From NCBI GenBank assembly GCA_008632985.1, contig QPGO01000014.1, positions 820,289 to 844,461 on the forward strand: a DNA stretch of 24,173 nucleotides, written 5' to 3'. The position numbers and the translations under genes are program-made. This DNA comes from Psammoneis japonica. Lineage: Eukaryota. Below are positions 11,070 to 21,467 of this stretch, piece by piece. Numbering within the stretch: position 1 is the stretch's first letter; the number at the start of each line of letters is the position of its first letter. The notes under the pieces are model-generated. The model saw only the letters and a program-made list of their open reading frames with translations. It made no database searches and had not been told where the DNA came from.

Positions 11070-12540
11070 GCGCCTGTGGAGGCCGTCACCAAAATGCAAA
11101 AGGATGCAATGTGTGCAAAACAAGCAGAGCAGCATTGCTGAAATTTTAATTGAATGTGAGCGAGGGAAACACACCTTGTTCCATCCATGAGGCTCAAGAA
11201 TCCATCCGCGGATGACTGCCAGATGTCCCCAATGGGAAGACAGTGGTGTCAGCCTGCCTGTCCTGACTCACACGCCCCACAAGTGCTCGCTCAACCCAAG
11301 TCAGCAGCTGATGTGAGGCAAGATGACTCTGCCACAAACACCTTGCACCACACCACCACCCACAACAAACATCTGAGACAGTCAGAACCCAGTGCAAGCA
11401 TGCAGGCCTGGTGCCAGAGCTCAGGTTCTGAACGTTGCATGTCATCACACCCTTGTGGGCTCCAGCTGTGCAATCACACAAATTCTGAACTGCACACATC
11501 TCACTTTTCACCCCATTTTTCATCTCTTCTTTGACAAAAGACAGTGCGCTGTTGTTTGTTTGCAGGACATTGCAGCCATTGCTGGCAGCAGCACGCTTCT
11601 TGTTTTGTTTGATGATGTTGTTGGCGTGCTCCCAGAGTGTGCTGGTGGCAAAAAGATGTGCAATTTTCTGAGCATCGTTGTGCAACTCTGATTCTCTGTT
11701 TCCAATGAAATGGTGTCATTGGGGAAGTGCAAACAATTGTCAAAAACAAAGAGTTTGAAGTGGAGCAAAAACTTTGTGTGGGTCAAAACACACTTCAAAA
11801 TGTTTTCAATTTGTTGTGTGATGCCAGTGATGGAGCAAATTCACCTTTTTGTTGCTGACAAAACAGTGTTGTTTTGACAAATGGCATGTCATTTTCATTG
11901 TGATGTTTTTTAAATGCATTTGTTGACTTTGTGATGCACAACTGTGCCACCTTGAAGATGTGCACCTCAGCAGCCACGACCCATGCTGTCACAGAACCAC
12001 AGGACAATGTTGGCTGGTGCCACATGTTGGTTTCCGATTTTTAACCTTTTGGGAAAACAGCTTGGCAGCCTCATGTTCTTGACAAGCATTTGTCTTCTAC
12101 CTGCCCTGAGATGACTGCAAAATGATTGGATGAGCCACTGCAATTAGAAAGTTTGTTTCCTCCTCCTGTTGGCACAAACGGTGAGGTGCTCACAATGCTG
12201 CATTTTGACACAACTGAGCAACCACAAAGTCTGCTCAAAATGGCATGATGCAGGGGCAGAAGTCACTGCCACTGCTCCTGCCTGGGTGGACAGTCATTTG
12301 GTTCAGGACAGTGTTGTTCCTTTGTTGTTTGATCCACTTCGGTGGGGCAGCACCGGACAGTGGCACCAACCTTGGCCAATCATCACAACATGTTCCCACT
12401 GCACAATTCTGTGTGTCGCTGGTGCAGGTTAGCGTGTTGCCAGAGTTGCTGGGTAGAAGCATTGCAGCAGCACCTAAAATGTGGACTTTGTTTCTTCTTG
12501 TGTGCCAGGCGCCACGTGTCATTCCAGTCCTTTGCGTGAG
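11070..12540. other. TpA/CpG-depleted, TpG/CpA-enriched hypermutated block (degenerate repeat or pseudogene relic)
   Basis: Manual count gives 8 TpA in 11101-12540, six of them in YTAR context. Overlapping Cys/His-rich, essentially Tyr-free spurious ORFs occur on both strands. Normal TpA density resumes at ~12553. Confidence 0.85.
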
Positions 12541-12653
12541 CTCTGGTGCGAATTATGTTGTGGGTAGTTTTAGTTGTCAAGCACTAACACGCAAAATAAA
12601 GTACCAGGCATTAATTTCTAACCGGCAAGCAAAGGAAAATGTTATTGAGTCTC

Positions 12654-14550
12654 TCAAGGAGAGGCAAAGGTGCTGAAAAATGTTTGCCATTCGGGTTCTG
12701 CCAGAATTGTCTTAGAATCAATCCAACAATAGATTTTCCTGTTGACCTTCTTGTCAAAACGCTTTCGAAGTTTCTCTGGACGTTTCGGATCTGGCGCTCC
12801 CAATTCAGCATGTTGATCCAAGGCAAGTGATTTGGTGAACAAGTCATTTAGAATGCCGTCTTCTGGACAAAGCATGCGCAAATCCAGAGCGGTTTGATTC
12901 ATTTTTTCTTGATGTTTCATTATTGCATTGATAACATTCGGTCGACTCCACAATGTGGTATCAATCAGGCCCGCCCGATTGGCGTCCAATGCCAAACCGC
13001 TGTAATACAGCCAATGAATGTTGCCCTTGTTTTCAACAGATTTTGAGCCTCCTTCAGCGTCACGTCGCATAATTTCCTTGCATGAAGCGGGAGCAGCACC
13101 CTCAAGCATGTCACACACAAATGCCGAACGCAATCCCTTGGGGTTGTTCAAGTCCAGAACTTTGACAGGGAAATACTTTGAAGCCATGTCCACTATAGAA
13201 TCAGTAAACCAGTTGAGCGTCGAGATCCAACCGGTATATACGCCCCAATCGTTGTTTTTGTCTGCAAACAGTGGTTGCACATAATGCTTTTCGCCCTTGT
13301 CGTCTATCCACGGAAACCTTTCGTCATAGCTCAACTCAGATGATTGCCACCAAACAGAGGGCACCCATTCAAAATATGGTCGATAGCCACTAATAATGCT
13401 GACGTCCCAGTCCTCCTTGGTAATTTGATATAGTTTTTCGTACTGTTTTTCATCATGTAATAGGACGATTGAATACCCTTCCTTAGATAGAATGATGTTC
13501 CTGCCGTAGTGTTTAAGATGGTCTAACTCTTTCGCCCAAAGGTCAAAAAAGTTTGATCGTCAAAAGGAATGTTACTCAATTCAGTACCCATGACCGTGCC
13601 ATCCTGAAACGTGTGTTCTTCATTCACATAATGCCAATTGTCTTGTTCCAAGAACCCATGCCAAGCCAATTCGGTCAATGCAGCTTGGACTGTAGTCGTT
13701 CCCGTTTTCGGAGGTCCAACGTGTAAAACAAGTCGTTGCTTTCTTTTGGATTTTGCGACTTCAACCTTGTCACTTGTCTCAAAAGATTGTTCATCCTGAA
13801 TTAGATTTGCATTACTGACAGGCCTCAAATCATTTCGCTTTTGTTTTGGCCGTTCTCGCCACCTATCGTCTCCGGCAATTTCGCATCAAGAGCCATGTTA
13901 GTAGGCGCCCCAGGTGGTGTATCTTGTTCATCTTTTGTCATGGACGGTTTCACGGCTTCTACCGCAACAGCAGGGTTCAAGTCGCTAGCTTCCACAACCG
14001 CGGGGGCAGGAGCACCAAGAGGTGGTGTATCTTGTTCGGATTGTGCGACTTCAACCTTGTCACTTGTCTCAGAAGCTTGTTCATCCTGAGTTGGATTTGT
14101 AGGTACTGCTGCTGCATCACCCGCACGCCTCAAATCGTTTCGATCTTTGTTCTCACCAGCTATCGTCTCTGGTAATTTCGCATCAAGAGCTATGTTGGTA
14201 GGCACATCACGTGGCGTATCTTGCTCGTCTTTTTTCATGGACGTTTTCACGGCTTCCACAACAGCAAGGTTCAAGTTGCGAGCTTCCGCAACCGCGGTTT
14301 GTTCATCCAGTTCCTTTTCTCCAGCTGTCGACTCAGAAGTTGGTGGATCAACGGGGGTATCGCCAATTGCTGCAAAAATCGCTCCGATCTGTTCTGTGGG
14401 ACGCAGGCATGGAAACGAAGGCACAATTGGAGCTCCAGCTTGTAGAACCAATAGCTGAGAGTGCAGGATGATGTGCAGCACAGCACCTGCATATAGCGCC
14501 AAATAAAGAAAGTGTTTCGAGAAACGTCGGTTTGCTGTTTGAAATGTCAT
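12654..14550 (-). CDS. Type II membrane-anchored sulfotransferase-like (P-loop) protein with a duplicated acidic stem; two apparent frameshifts
   Basis: ORF 13825..14550 has an N-terminal hydrophobic anchor (HFLYLALYAGAVLHIILHSQLLVL). ORF 13523..13828 has RLVLHVGPPKTGTTTVQ, a PAPS-binding-loop-like motif. After a shift at the homopolymer ~13545-13550 the frame reads FDLWAKELDHLKHYGRNIILSKEGYS...WDVSIISGYRPYFEWVPSVWWQ and joins ORF 12654..13364. The shift at ~13838 is supported by the intact first repeat copy (ENKDRNDLR). Confidence 0.75.
13750..14300 (-). repeat. Internal ~100-codon tandem duplication in the stem of the sulfotransferase-like gene
   Basis: Two copies of AV.EA..LN.AV.VEAVK.SM.KDEQDTP...PTN.ALDAKLPETI.GEN...RNDLR...QDEQ..ETSDKVEVA.S. 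Confidence 0.85.
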
Positions 14551-15263
14551 GGCTGAACAAGAGGCGTTGACGACAAGAACTCGCCACTCCTCTGCGTTTC
14601 TAAAACTTGCGCTTCCAAGAGCGGTCGGTGTTCACGGTTGCACGCACCCTCCAACCTCCAACCCAATCGCAGAAAGCAGTCCTCTTGCAGATTAACGGCT
14701 AGACGTACACTCGTTATCGATTTTGAATATTACAGTATATCCATTTGGTCAATCAATGTGCTAAGAAATGAATACATATATATCATTTATAACATCTACG
14801 TAAATAATTGTGTCAAATACTATTGAGATGACATTGATTCACAACGTCCGTCACGCGTGCGTCGAACGAGAACTGGTCTTCATTCATCCTGTCTTCGTTG
14901 CGCGTGAACGGAGCACGGAGCGCTTATTAGTACTTGCTTTTTGTGCTACACAGTACACAGTGTAACCGAATGAAACCTTACCGGTGCATGCCATATAACT
15001 TTTGTTGGTCACAATTGGGCACACAAAGTCGGTGAGCGACCAGCGAATTACAGACATAAATGCAATTTGATTGGCTCAAAATACAGCCTGATATGAACTG
15101 AACAACGAGCAGCGCACGAAAGGTGAGTCTTTGCTGGGCGATGATGGACGCGCAGTCTCCTTTTCAACTGCCTTTCTTATAGAAAGGAACCTTATTTTTT
15201 CATTGTTACTTGATCGCTGCTTTTCTAAAACTTGCCGTTTTTTCAAGACATTCTTTTGCGACC
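14551..15263. promoter_or_regulatory. Divergent (head-to-head) intergenic promoter region
   Basis: Lies between the minus-strand ATG at 14550 and the plus-strand ATG at 15264, with an AT-rich core at ~14720-14840. The call is positional inference only. Confidence 0.4.
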
Positions 15264-17189
15264 ATGAGTAATCTTCTTGGCTGCAGAGAACAAAAGACAA
15301 GGAAGCTTACCGCAGACGCTCAACTGCAGTTCGAAAATGAGCAGGCAAGGCTTGTAGCTCGCGAAAAACGCAAAAAAAGTCGAGCTGCAACTGCGACAAG
15401 TATAGCAGCAGGTACAGCTTTAGTTGCGCCGGCTATACGGGACACTGGCTCTAAGAAGAAATCACCCACAAACAGCTCGGTAGTAGACAGCCCCGTTGTA
15501 GTTGATGCATCTGAGGGAAAGAGCTCTGAAGATGATGCTTCTCGGGATGTATCCTCGAACCTAGAAAACGCCTCAAGTGACTTGGGCAAAGGAAGGAGGA
15601 CAAGAAAACTTACCGTTGAAGCGCAGTTGCAACTTGAAAATGAGAAAGAAAGGCTTTTAGCTCGCGAAAAGCGCAAAAAAAGCCGAGCTGCATCTGCGGC
15701 AAGTACAGCAGCAGGTACAGCAGTAGTTGCGCTGTCTATGAGGGACACTGGCTCTGAGAAGAAATCACTCACAAACGGCTTGGTAGTGGACAGCCCCGTT
15801 GTAGTTGATGCATCTGGGGGAAAGAGTTCTAAAGAGGTTGCTTTTCGGGACGTATCCTCGAACCAAGAAAACGCCTCAAATGTCTTGGGCAAAGGGAAGA
15901 GGACAAGAAAGCTTACCGCGGAAGCGCAGTTGCAACTTGAAAATGAGCAGGCACGTCTTGTAGCTCGCGAAAAGCGGAACAAAAGTCGAGCTGCGGCAGG
16001 TACAGCGGGCGGTGGCGGCGTTGACAGTGCTGTCGACGGTGGCGCAAGAGACAATACGGCGAAACTCAGTTCCAGAAAAAGAACTGAATCAGACAGAAGC
16101 CCAGATACCGGAGCGCAGAAGATGCCCGCGTCCAAACGCCAACGCAAAACAGCAAGCGTCAAAAAGCCGCGAAAGACTGCTCCCAAACTAGTCGGAAATA
16201 GTACGACAGAATCGGAGAACGACGAGGGCAGCGAATCCACTTCCAGCGCGAATACACCCCCCGCAGCCGTGGCAACCAACGGGATAACGATTGACTTGTC
16301 GTCAACTCATCAACCAGATCCCATGGTGACGTTGCTCGCTCATGAGAATGCGCTCAAAGCGCAGCGAGACGAATTACAGAGAGAGCATGCCGTTCAGATT
16401 GCTTTTTTGAAGCAAAAGCACCAGGCTGTAATTAATGCACTAAGGGACAAACTCGAGCAACAGGAGTTTGACAAGCGCAGGAAACTAGTGGCGAGAAACG
16501 ACAAACTGCAAGCCGAGCTGGCCGAAAGCAACAAGAAACAAAAGGCGGACGCAAGGAAAGTCAAAAAGATGGAAAGAGAACTCGAGCAGCTAAAAGATGC
16601 AGACAATGGAGATCCGCGAAGGCGAAAGCGCAAACTGAGTGTCAAAAACAGTCAGCTCTGGGACCAGCGATTTGAAGAGCTAAAAGCCTACAAAGCTTCT
16701 CATGGAACCTGCCTCGTACCAACAACACAGTACCCGGAGCTTGGTTATTGGGTTTCTCGGCAAAGGACGAACCAAAAATTGTATGCGAGTGGAAAGGAAT
16801 CCTCAATTACATCCGAACAAATTCAGAAACTAGACAGCATTGGAATGGTTTGGGGGAACCTTCTTCATCGCAGTGTGTCGTGGGAAGAACGGTACCAGCA
16901 ATTACTCGATTACAAGGCAAAACACGGGCATGTCCGTGTTCCTCATTTGCTTAAGGAGCCTCACGGTCTTGGAGAGTTTGTGCAAGCTATGAGGAGCGCG
17001 TACAAGTCTCTAAACAACAATGACTCTACCTCGAAACCGCGGAAAATAACGCCGGAACAAGTGGAGAAGTTGGAAGCAATTGGATTTGAATGGTCCCTTC
17101 GCACGAGGGGTACCAAAGAGAAGCACAGACTTGCCGCGTCACTGGAGGAGTCGCAAGAGATTATGGAGGAACCTTTTCCTTTGCATTGA
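15264..17189 (+). CDS. Helicase-associated (HA, PF03457-like) domain protein with two C-terminal HA domains, a coiled coil and N-terminal repeats; probably nuclear
   Basis: Intact ORF, first ATG at 15264. HA motifs are WDQRFEELKAYKASHGTCLVP...LGYWVSRQR...QIQKLDSIGMVW and WEERYQQLLDYKAKHGHVRVP...LGEFVQAMR...QVEKLEAIGFEW. NLS-like basic runs include PRRRKRK and SKRQRK. No helicase motor motifs are present. Confidence 0.9.
   Translation: MSNLLGCREQKTRKLTADAQLQFENEQARLVAREKRKKSRAATATSIAAGTALVAPAIRDTGSKKKSPTNSSVVDSPVVVDASEGKSSEDDASRDVSSNLENASSDLGKGRRTRKLTVEAQLQLENEKERLLAREKRKKSRAASAASTAAGTAVVALSMRDTGSEKKSLTNGLVVDSPVVVDASGGKSSKEVAFRDVSSNQENASNVLGKGKRTRKLTAEAQLQLENEQARLVAREKRNKSRAAAGTAGGGGVDSAVDGGARDNTAKLSSRKRTESDRSPDTGAQKMPASKRQRKTASVKKPRKTAPKLVGNSTTESENDEGSESTSSANTPPAAVATNGITIDLSSTHQPDPMVTLLAHENALKAQRDELQREHAVQIAFLKQKHQAVINALRDKLEQQEFDKRRKLVARNDKLQAELAESNKKQKADARKVKKMERELEQLKDADNGDPRRRKRKLSVKNSQLWDQRFEELKAYKASHGTCLVPTTQYPELGYWVSRQRTNQKLYASGKESSITSEQIQKLDSIGMVWGNLLHRSVSWEERYQQLLDYKAKHGHVRVPHLLKEPHGLGEFVQAMRSAYKSLNNNDSTSKPRKITPEQVEKLEAIGFEWSLRTRGTKEKHRLAASLEESQEIMEEPFPLH
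15285..15995 (+). repeat. 303-nt (101-aa) tandem repeat x ~2.3 in the N-terminus of the HA gene
   Basis: TRKLTx(E/D)AQLQxENExxRLxAREKRxKSRAA occurs three times, with 'cttaccg' at 15306, 15609 and 15912. Confidence 0.9.
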
Positions 17190-17753
17190 TTGGGTGATGT
17201 ATTTGGAACGGCCAACTGGAACAACGGCTTACGATTCAACGCGTTTTCAACGAGTCGACAGGGAACCCTGGTAGAGTGTTGTGTAATTGGATCGGGGACG
17301 TGTGGGGAAAAACAGTCGAAAAAGGGAGAATGTTGTCCAACGCAGAAATTCTAGAGGCTTTGGGCTAGAAGAGCAAACAGCTTGCAGTTCAATTGAGTAG
17401 CAGCACGGGATTCCATATGTTTTATCGGCTTATGCCTTTGTGCAATTCAATCATAATTGATGCTGGTTGCCCGGAAGAAGAAAACATAGATTTCACGTTG
17501 GAGCCATCGTTTTGCTTGTGTCTCGCTTTCTATGCCTGGTGTTCGTACAATCTCGTTCTCTAGTTGGTTTCATGTTGGCTAAACGTTCGTCCTTGTAATT
17601 GATTGGCTGTGTTCAGGTAAGCGCAAAAGTATTGGGACGACTCGTTTCGAGATTCAGGAGTACACCTGGGCCATCACGCATCGACATGTCTGATTTGAAT
17701 CGAGCACTGCCTCTTTGCTACGTCTGTTTGTACTTCATTTCGTGAACCCGTCG

Positions 17754-19369
17754 TCATTTCCGTTTGCGAAACGACCCTACATTCCAGCTACACTTCAGCT
17801 CTCCTCCGATCCATTTCAAGCTCATCCTCGGCTGCTTCCAGAAAACCACCAAAACTTCGTCATCCTCTTCTTTCTTCAAATCATCAGCTTCACCAAGAGC
17901 CAATAGCTCATCTTCTTCATCATCCGAAAGAACGTCGGAGCCAGGCGGAGCTTTCATGATGCGTTTCGTCTCCTCGAATTCCTCCTGGGCCGTCTCGATC
18001 GCTTCAACAAGACGTTCGTTGCGTTCCTCTAGTGTCATGGCCGCTTCCTCCTCAGCGCGTTTTCTCGTATCAGCTTCATCCGCTTCTTCTCGAGTAAAGC
18101 CTTCATCTGGCAATATGAAATCGTCAATTCTACCTTTAGCAAGATTCTTGTACGATATCGGCATGACATCTAAACAGTACATCCACCTCATGGATGCGGC
18201 ATTCGTCTCGGCGATAAGCGTATTCACAACCAGTGGGTCGTCACCCGCCAAAAGTTTTCATTGTGAAAGGGATCAAGGAATCGCTTGGCAAGATCAAAAG
18301 ACCTTGAAAGCACAATGTCATGAGTCCGGATCCCATGAGAGTCAAAATAGCGACGATCCTCGAGTCACAGCAACAAAGGGATACATCCACAAGACGGCAT
18401 CCACGAGGACTTGGACAAAGTGAGCATACGCAAACGGCATGCGACCCTTGAGAACAGATTCCATCGAATTGCCTTGAGCCCGAATTTCCTGTATTTTGGT
18501 AAGCAAAATTTGTTCAAAACCAAAGCCACCATCAATAATGCCAGCCTTTTGACCTTCCAGTACGAGTCGCAAGATCCACATTAAAACCGCATTGTGACGC
18601 TGATTTGGCGGAATTTTCGCTTCAATCAACAGAGATCGTTCCTGCGTTGTCATGAGTCCTCGTGAAACCATTCGCCTCATCCCTTGAGGCGTCAAGAGTG
18701 GTCGATGCGAGCGAGTCAGAGACGCGTAGACCAATATATTAAAGAGTCGGATATACCGAGCCGTGATTGTCAGGGTCCGTCGAGCATTTTCAGAAAATGT
18801 GGAACTTCCAGGAGGAGTTCATCCGAGCGCTGGCTAAAGCCTGCAAGCGCCAATATCAAATCATTCATTTTCCCTTGCAGAGCTCTACATGTCTGTAGAC
18901 AAGTGCGCCAGATTTTGTAGGACTGATTGACAAAAAAGGTCAACGTGAAAGTCGTCACAGATAATACTTGCATGTAAAGCGAGGAGAATTCTGTCAGAGC
19001 ATAATGAAACAGCGGCGTCCGTTTCATGCACACGTATACCGCAACAGCCCAGAGAGTACCTCGGAGGCAAGAAACCCACGTTTCTGCAAATACGGTTCCT
19101 CTGTATTGACTCCACATGGCTTTACTGGAAGGCTCAAATTGAATCATAATGGGTCGACGGCCACTGGTTCTCAAACAATCATCAAGAATACCATCTAGAA
19201 TTTCTTTGGTAGATGTCTGTTCCATAAGGATTGGCTCTATGTTGAGGACTCGTAAGCTGCTCGAGAGTCGTGACGAGTGACATGTAGAAAAGGCCTCCAC
19301 AGTAGCAGTGCATAGGAGAAGCATCCAAGGCGACATGAACACTCGTAAACGACAACATCGTGCCTTCAT
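17754..19369 (-). CDS. Plastid-targeted bestrophin-like (UPF0187/BST-type) anion channel; several apparent 1-bp frameshifts
   Basis: ATG 19369 gives MKARCCRLRVFMSPWMLLLCTATVEA|FSTCHSSRLSSSLR, a signal peptide + Phe + Ser/Arg transit peptide. Bestrophin-like motifs are TTFTLTFFVNQSYKIWR, ARYIRLFNILVYASL, MPFAYAHFVQVLVD and FQGLFDLAKRFLDPFHNE. The frame is restored by single-base additions at ~18820, ~18358, ~18297 and ~18250. A further one at ~17855 would give the end SFGGFLEAAEDELEMDRRRAEV with a stop at 17788. Confidence 0.82.
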
Positions 19370-20344
19370 TCTTGCTACAACTTGCAACAAACAGAGAGAC
19401 TAAAGACAACACAACATTGGACATTGCGAGAGAACCGAGAACCGAAAAAAAAAAACAAAGAAGATCATGTTGCGGTTTCAGTCACGAGTATCCAAGAGTA
19501 AAATTGCCGTCCTGAGATTTTTTCGAATTCTTGAGCGAAAAATGCATTTTTTGAGTGCAAGCACCTGGCTTTGAGTGCAATCCCCAATGGGAAACAAAAG
19601 CAGGCTGGAACTTGAAATGGAGGTGGCAAGCTTTGGCTTTTGTCACCAAAGGCTTTGTGTGCACTTCAGAGACACAAACCCAAGTTAAGATTGTGTGTTT
19701 GAGCATTTCAAGGCCTCACCATTTTGCCCTTGTCAGCTGTCACTTGTGATTTTCCAGAGGCCCATCTGGTCAAGGTGTTTGGGGGAGCTCCTCAAGGTGA
19801 GCACCATGAGAATTGTGTGCACTGAGCCATCATTCTGAAAAAGCACCTTCATGGCAAGGAAGATCTGTTGCCCCAGGACTTGAAGACACACACACCCAAA
19901 GGCATGCACTGGGTCTAGCGTGGGCCTGCATGTGGCCAACTGCAAGATGCAGTTTGATTGTGAGGCACCACAAGTGCTTGGCGGGGGTTCCGTCTCACAA
20001 AATCATGACAATTGTCAGGCCAGGCCAATTTGCAACCCCGATGGGATGATTCCAAGCTTGCGGGGCAGTGTGTTGCAATGGTGCGTCGCAGCACTTCTGC
20101 TCTTTTTGTTTGTGGTGAAGTGGCAGTTCCAGGTCTGTCACATGCACGGCAATCCCACTGTTGCAAATTAAATTGTCCTGTTGTGATTTCAGTTTGGCTG
20201 TCTGTGAACAACAGGGGAGCTTCGCTTGTTCTTTCCCGTGTTTGTGCTGTGAAGGTCACTCATCTGAGTCTGTGTTGGCCTTGAAGGACCCATTCTTGAT
20301 TGACCCAATGGCGAGTGGCAAGGATTGTTGAGCACAAAAGTCCT

Positions 20345-21211
20345 TCATCCATCCCCTCTGTTTCCAATTCTTTCACCCAACAGGACATTGTTGCAGCCAA
20401 GAAAAAGGGAGCAGCAAGTTTTGGCCACGTCATCGTCCTCCGACACATGGCACGCTTCAACGCTGTCTTTGATTTTCTCACAGAGAGTCTCTGCATGGGC
20501 CACGGCATCATTGCCGACTTGATTGGATTCACCAAGTGGGACAGCCCTGGATGTGATGTTGCTGAAAAAGGAAAGGGTCAAGGATGACAATGCCGCCTCG
20601 GCCAAGTTGGAGCATTTCTTGTTGCTGACACTGGCCCAACAAACGGAAAAAACAGCATCCACCCAGGTGTTCAAGGCGCTCGGATGACTGAATGCATGGC
20701 TCTTGATGCATGTTGCAGCAACAGACTGCATGTCTGTCTCCACCAAGCCACACTCATTTTGACTCCGATGCATCCAAAACCTGTGTAGAATCCAAGCCGT
20801 GTGCAAGATTTCAACACCCTCTTGGAGTCTTTTCATGATCTTGCAACTGTCATCGTGCAAGAGGAGGCAAATTGCATTGTTGAATCCATCGGTGTGGTTT
20901 GCAGCTTGATGGGCAACAGCACCATCCATTTCTTGAGTTGCAAAGTCAAGCTCATCAAAGGTTTCACGTAAATTGTTGAGAGGCATTTGCATGATGCCCT
21001 TCACAGCGAGAACAAGACACTTGGCATTGCATTTGATTTTTTCTTTCATGTGCGGACATGCATGTTTGTGGCCACCACATTCCCAGTCTTGCAACTGACA
21101 CTCTTTTGAGCAGCAGCAAGTGGAATGGCAATTGCTGCATTTGAACCGGCTGGACACCTTGAAGCATCGACAACACTCGGGTGGCACAACCGGCATCAAA
21201 TTCAAGAACAA
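20345..21211 (-). pseudogene. Hypermutated MYND zinc-finger gene relic
   Basis: CCRCFKVSSRFKCSNCHSTCCCSKECQLQDWECGGHKHAC matches the MYND consensus CxxC...CxxC...YCSxxCQxxDW..HK..C, but the conserved Tyr is Cys. There is no Tyr in 288 codons, with excess Cys/His. Confidence 0.8.
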
Positions 21212-21467
21212 ACAAACGTGTTGCGATCATTTGCACTTCAGAATTTTGGATTTCCAAAAAAATCATCGCCGCATCAATTTCAGTGACGACCGTTAAACTG
21301 TGTCCCATTTGCTGTGTTTTGCACATTTTTGAACTTGTTCATGAGAAGTGATGGTCACCATGATGTGATGGTGAAAACAGAAATGCATCTGTGCATTGTG
21401 AATGCTCCCCATGAAGAAACCACAGGTGAATGATCATGGCTTCCCCACTTTTTGCGGGCAGTGGTCA

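Noticed and set aside
11187..12580. Dense overlapping Cys/His-rich ORFs suggesting metal-binding proteins or a transposase zinc finger
   Set aside because: Loss of TpA removes TAA/TAG stops and enriches TGY/CAY codons, creating spurious ORFs. No recognisable domain was found.
15123..15182. Possible 5' intron (gtgagt...cttatag) upstream of the HA gene
   Set aside because: The splice-like signals are plausible, but no upstream coding exon is evident and this cannot be supported without transcripts.
15320..16279. 319-aa minus-strand ORF
   Set aside because: It is antisense to the well-supported HA-domain gene and merely mirrors its repeats.
17764..18423. 219-aa Ser-rich plus-strand ORF
   Set aside because: It is the antisense shadow of the Glu/Asp-rich bestrophin-like C-terminus.
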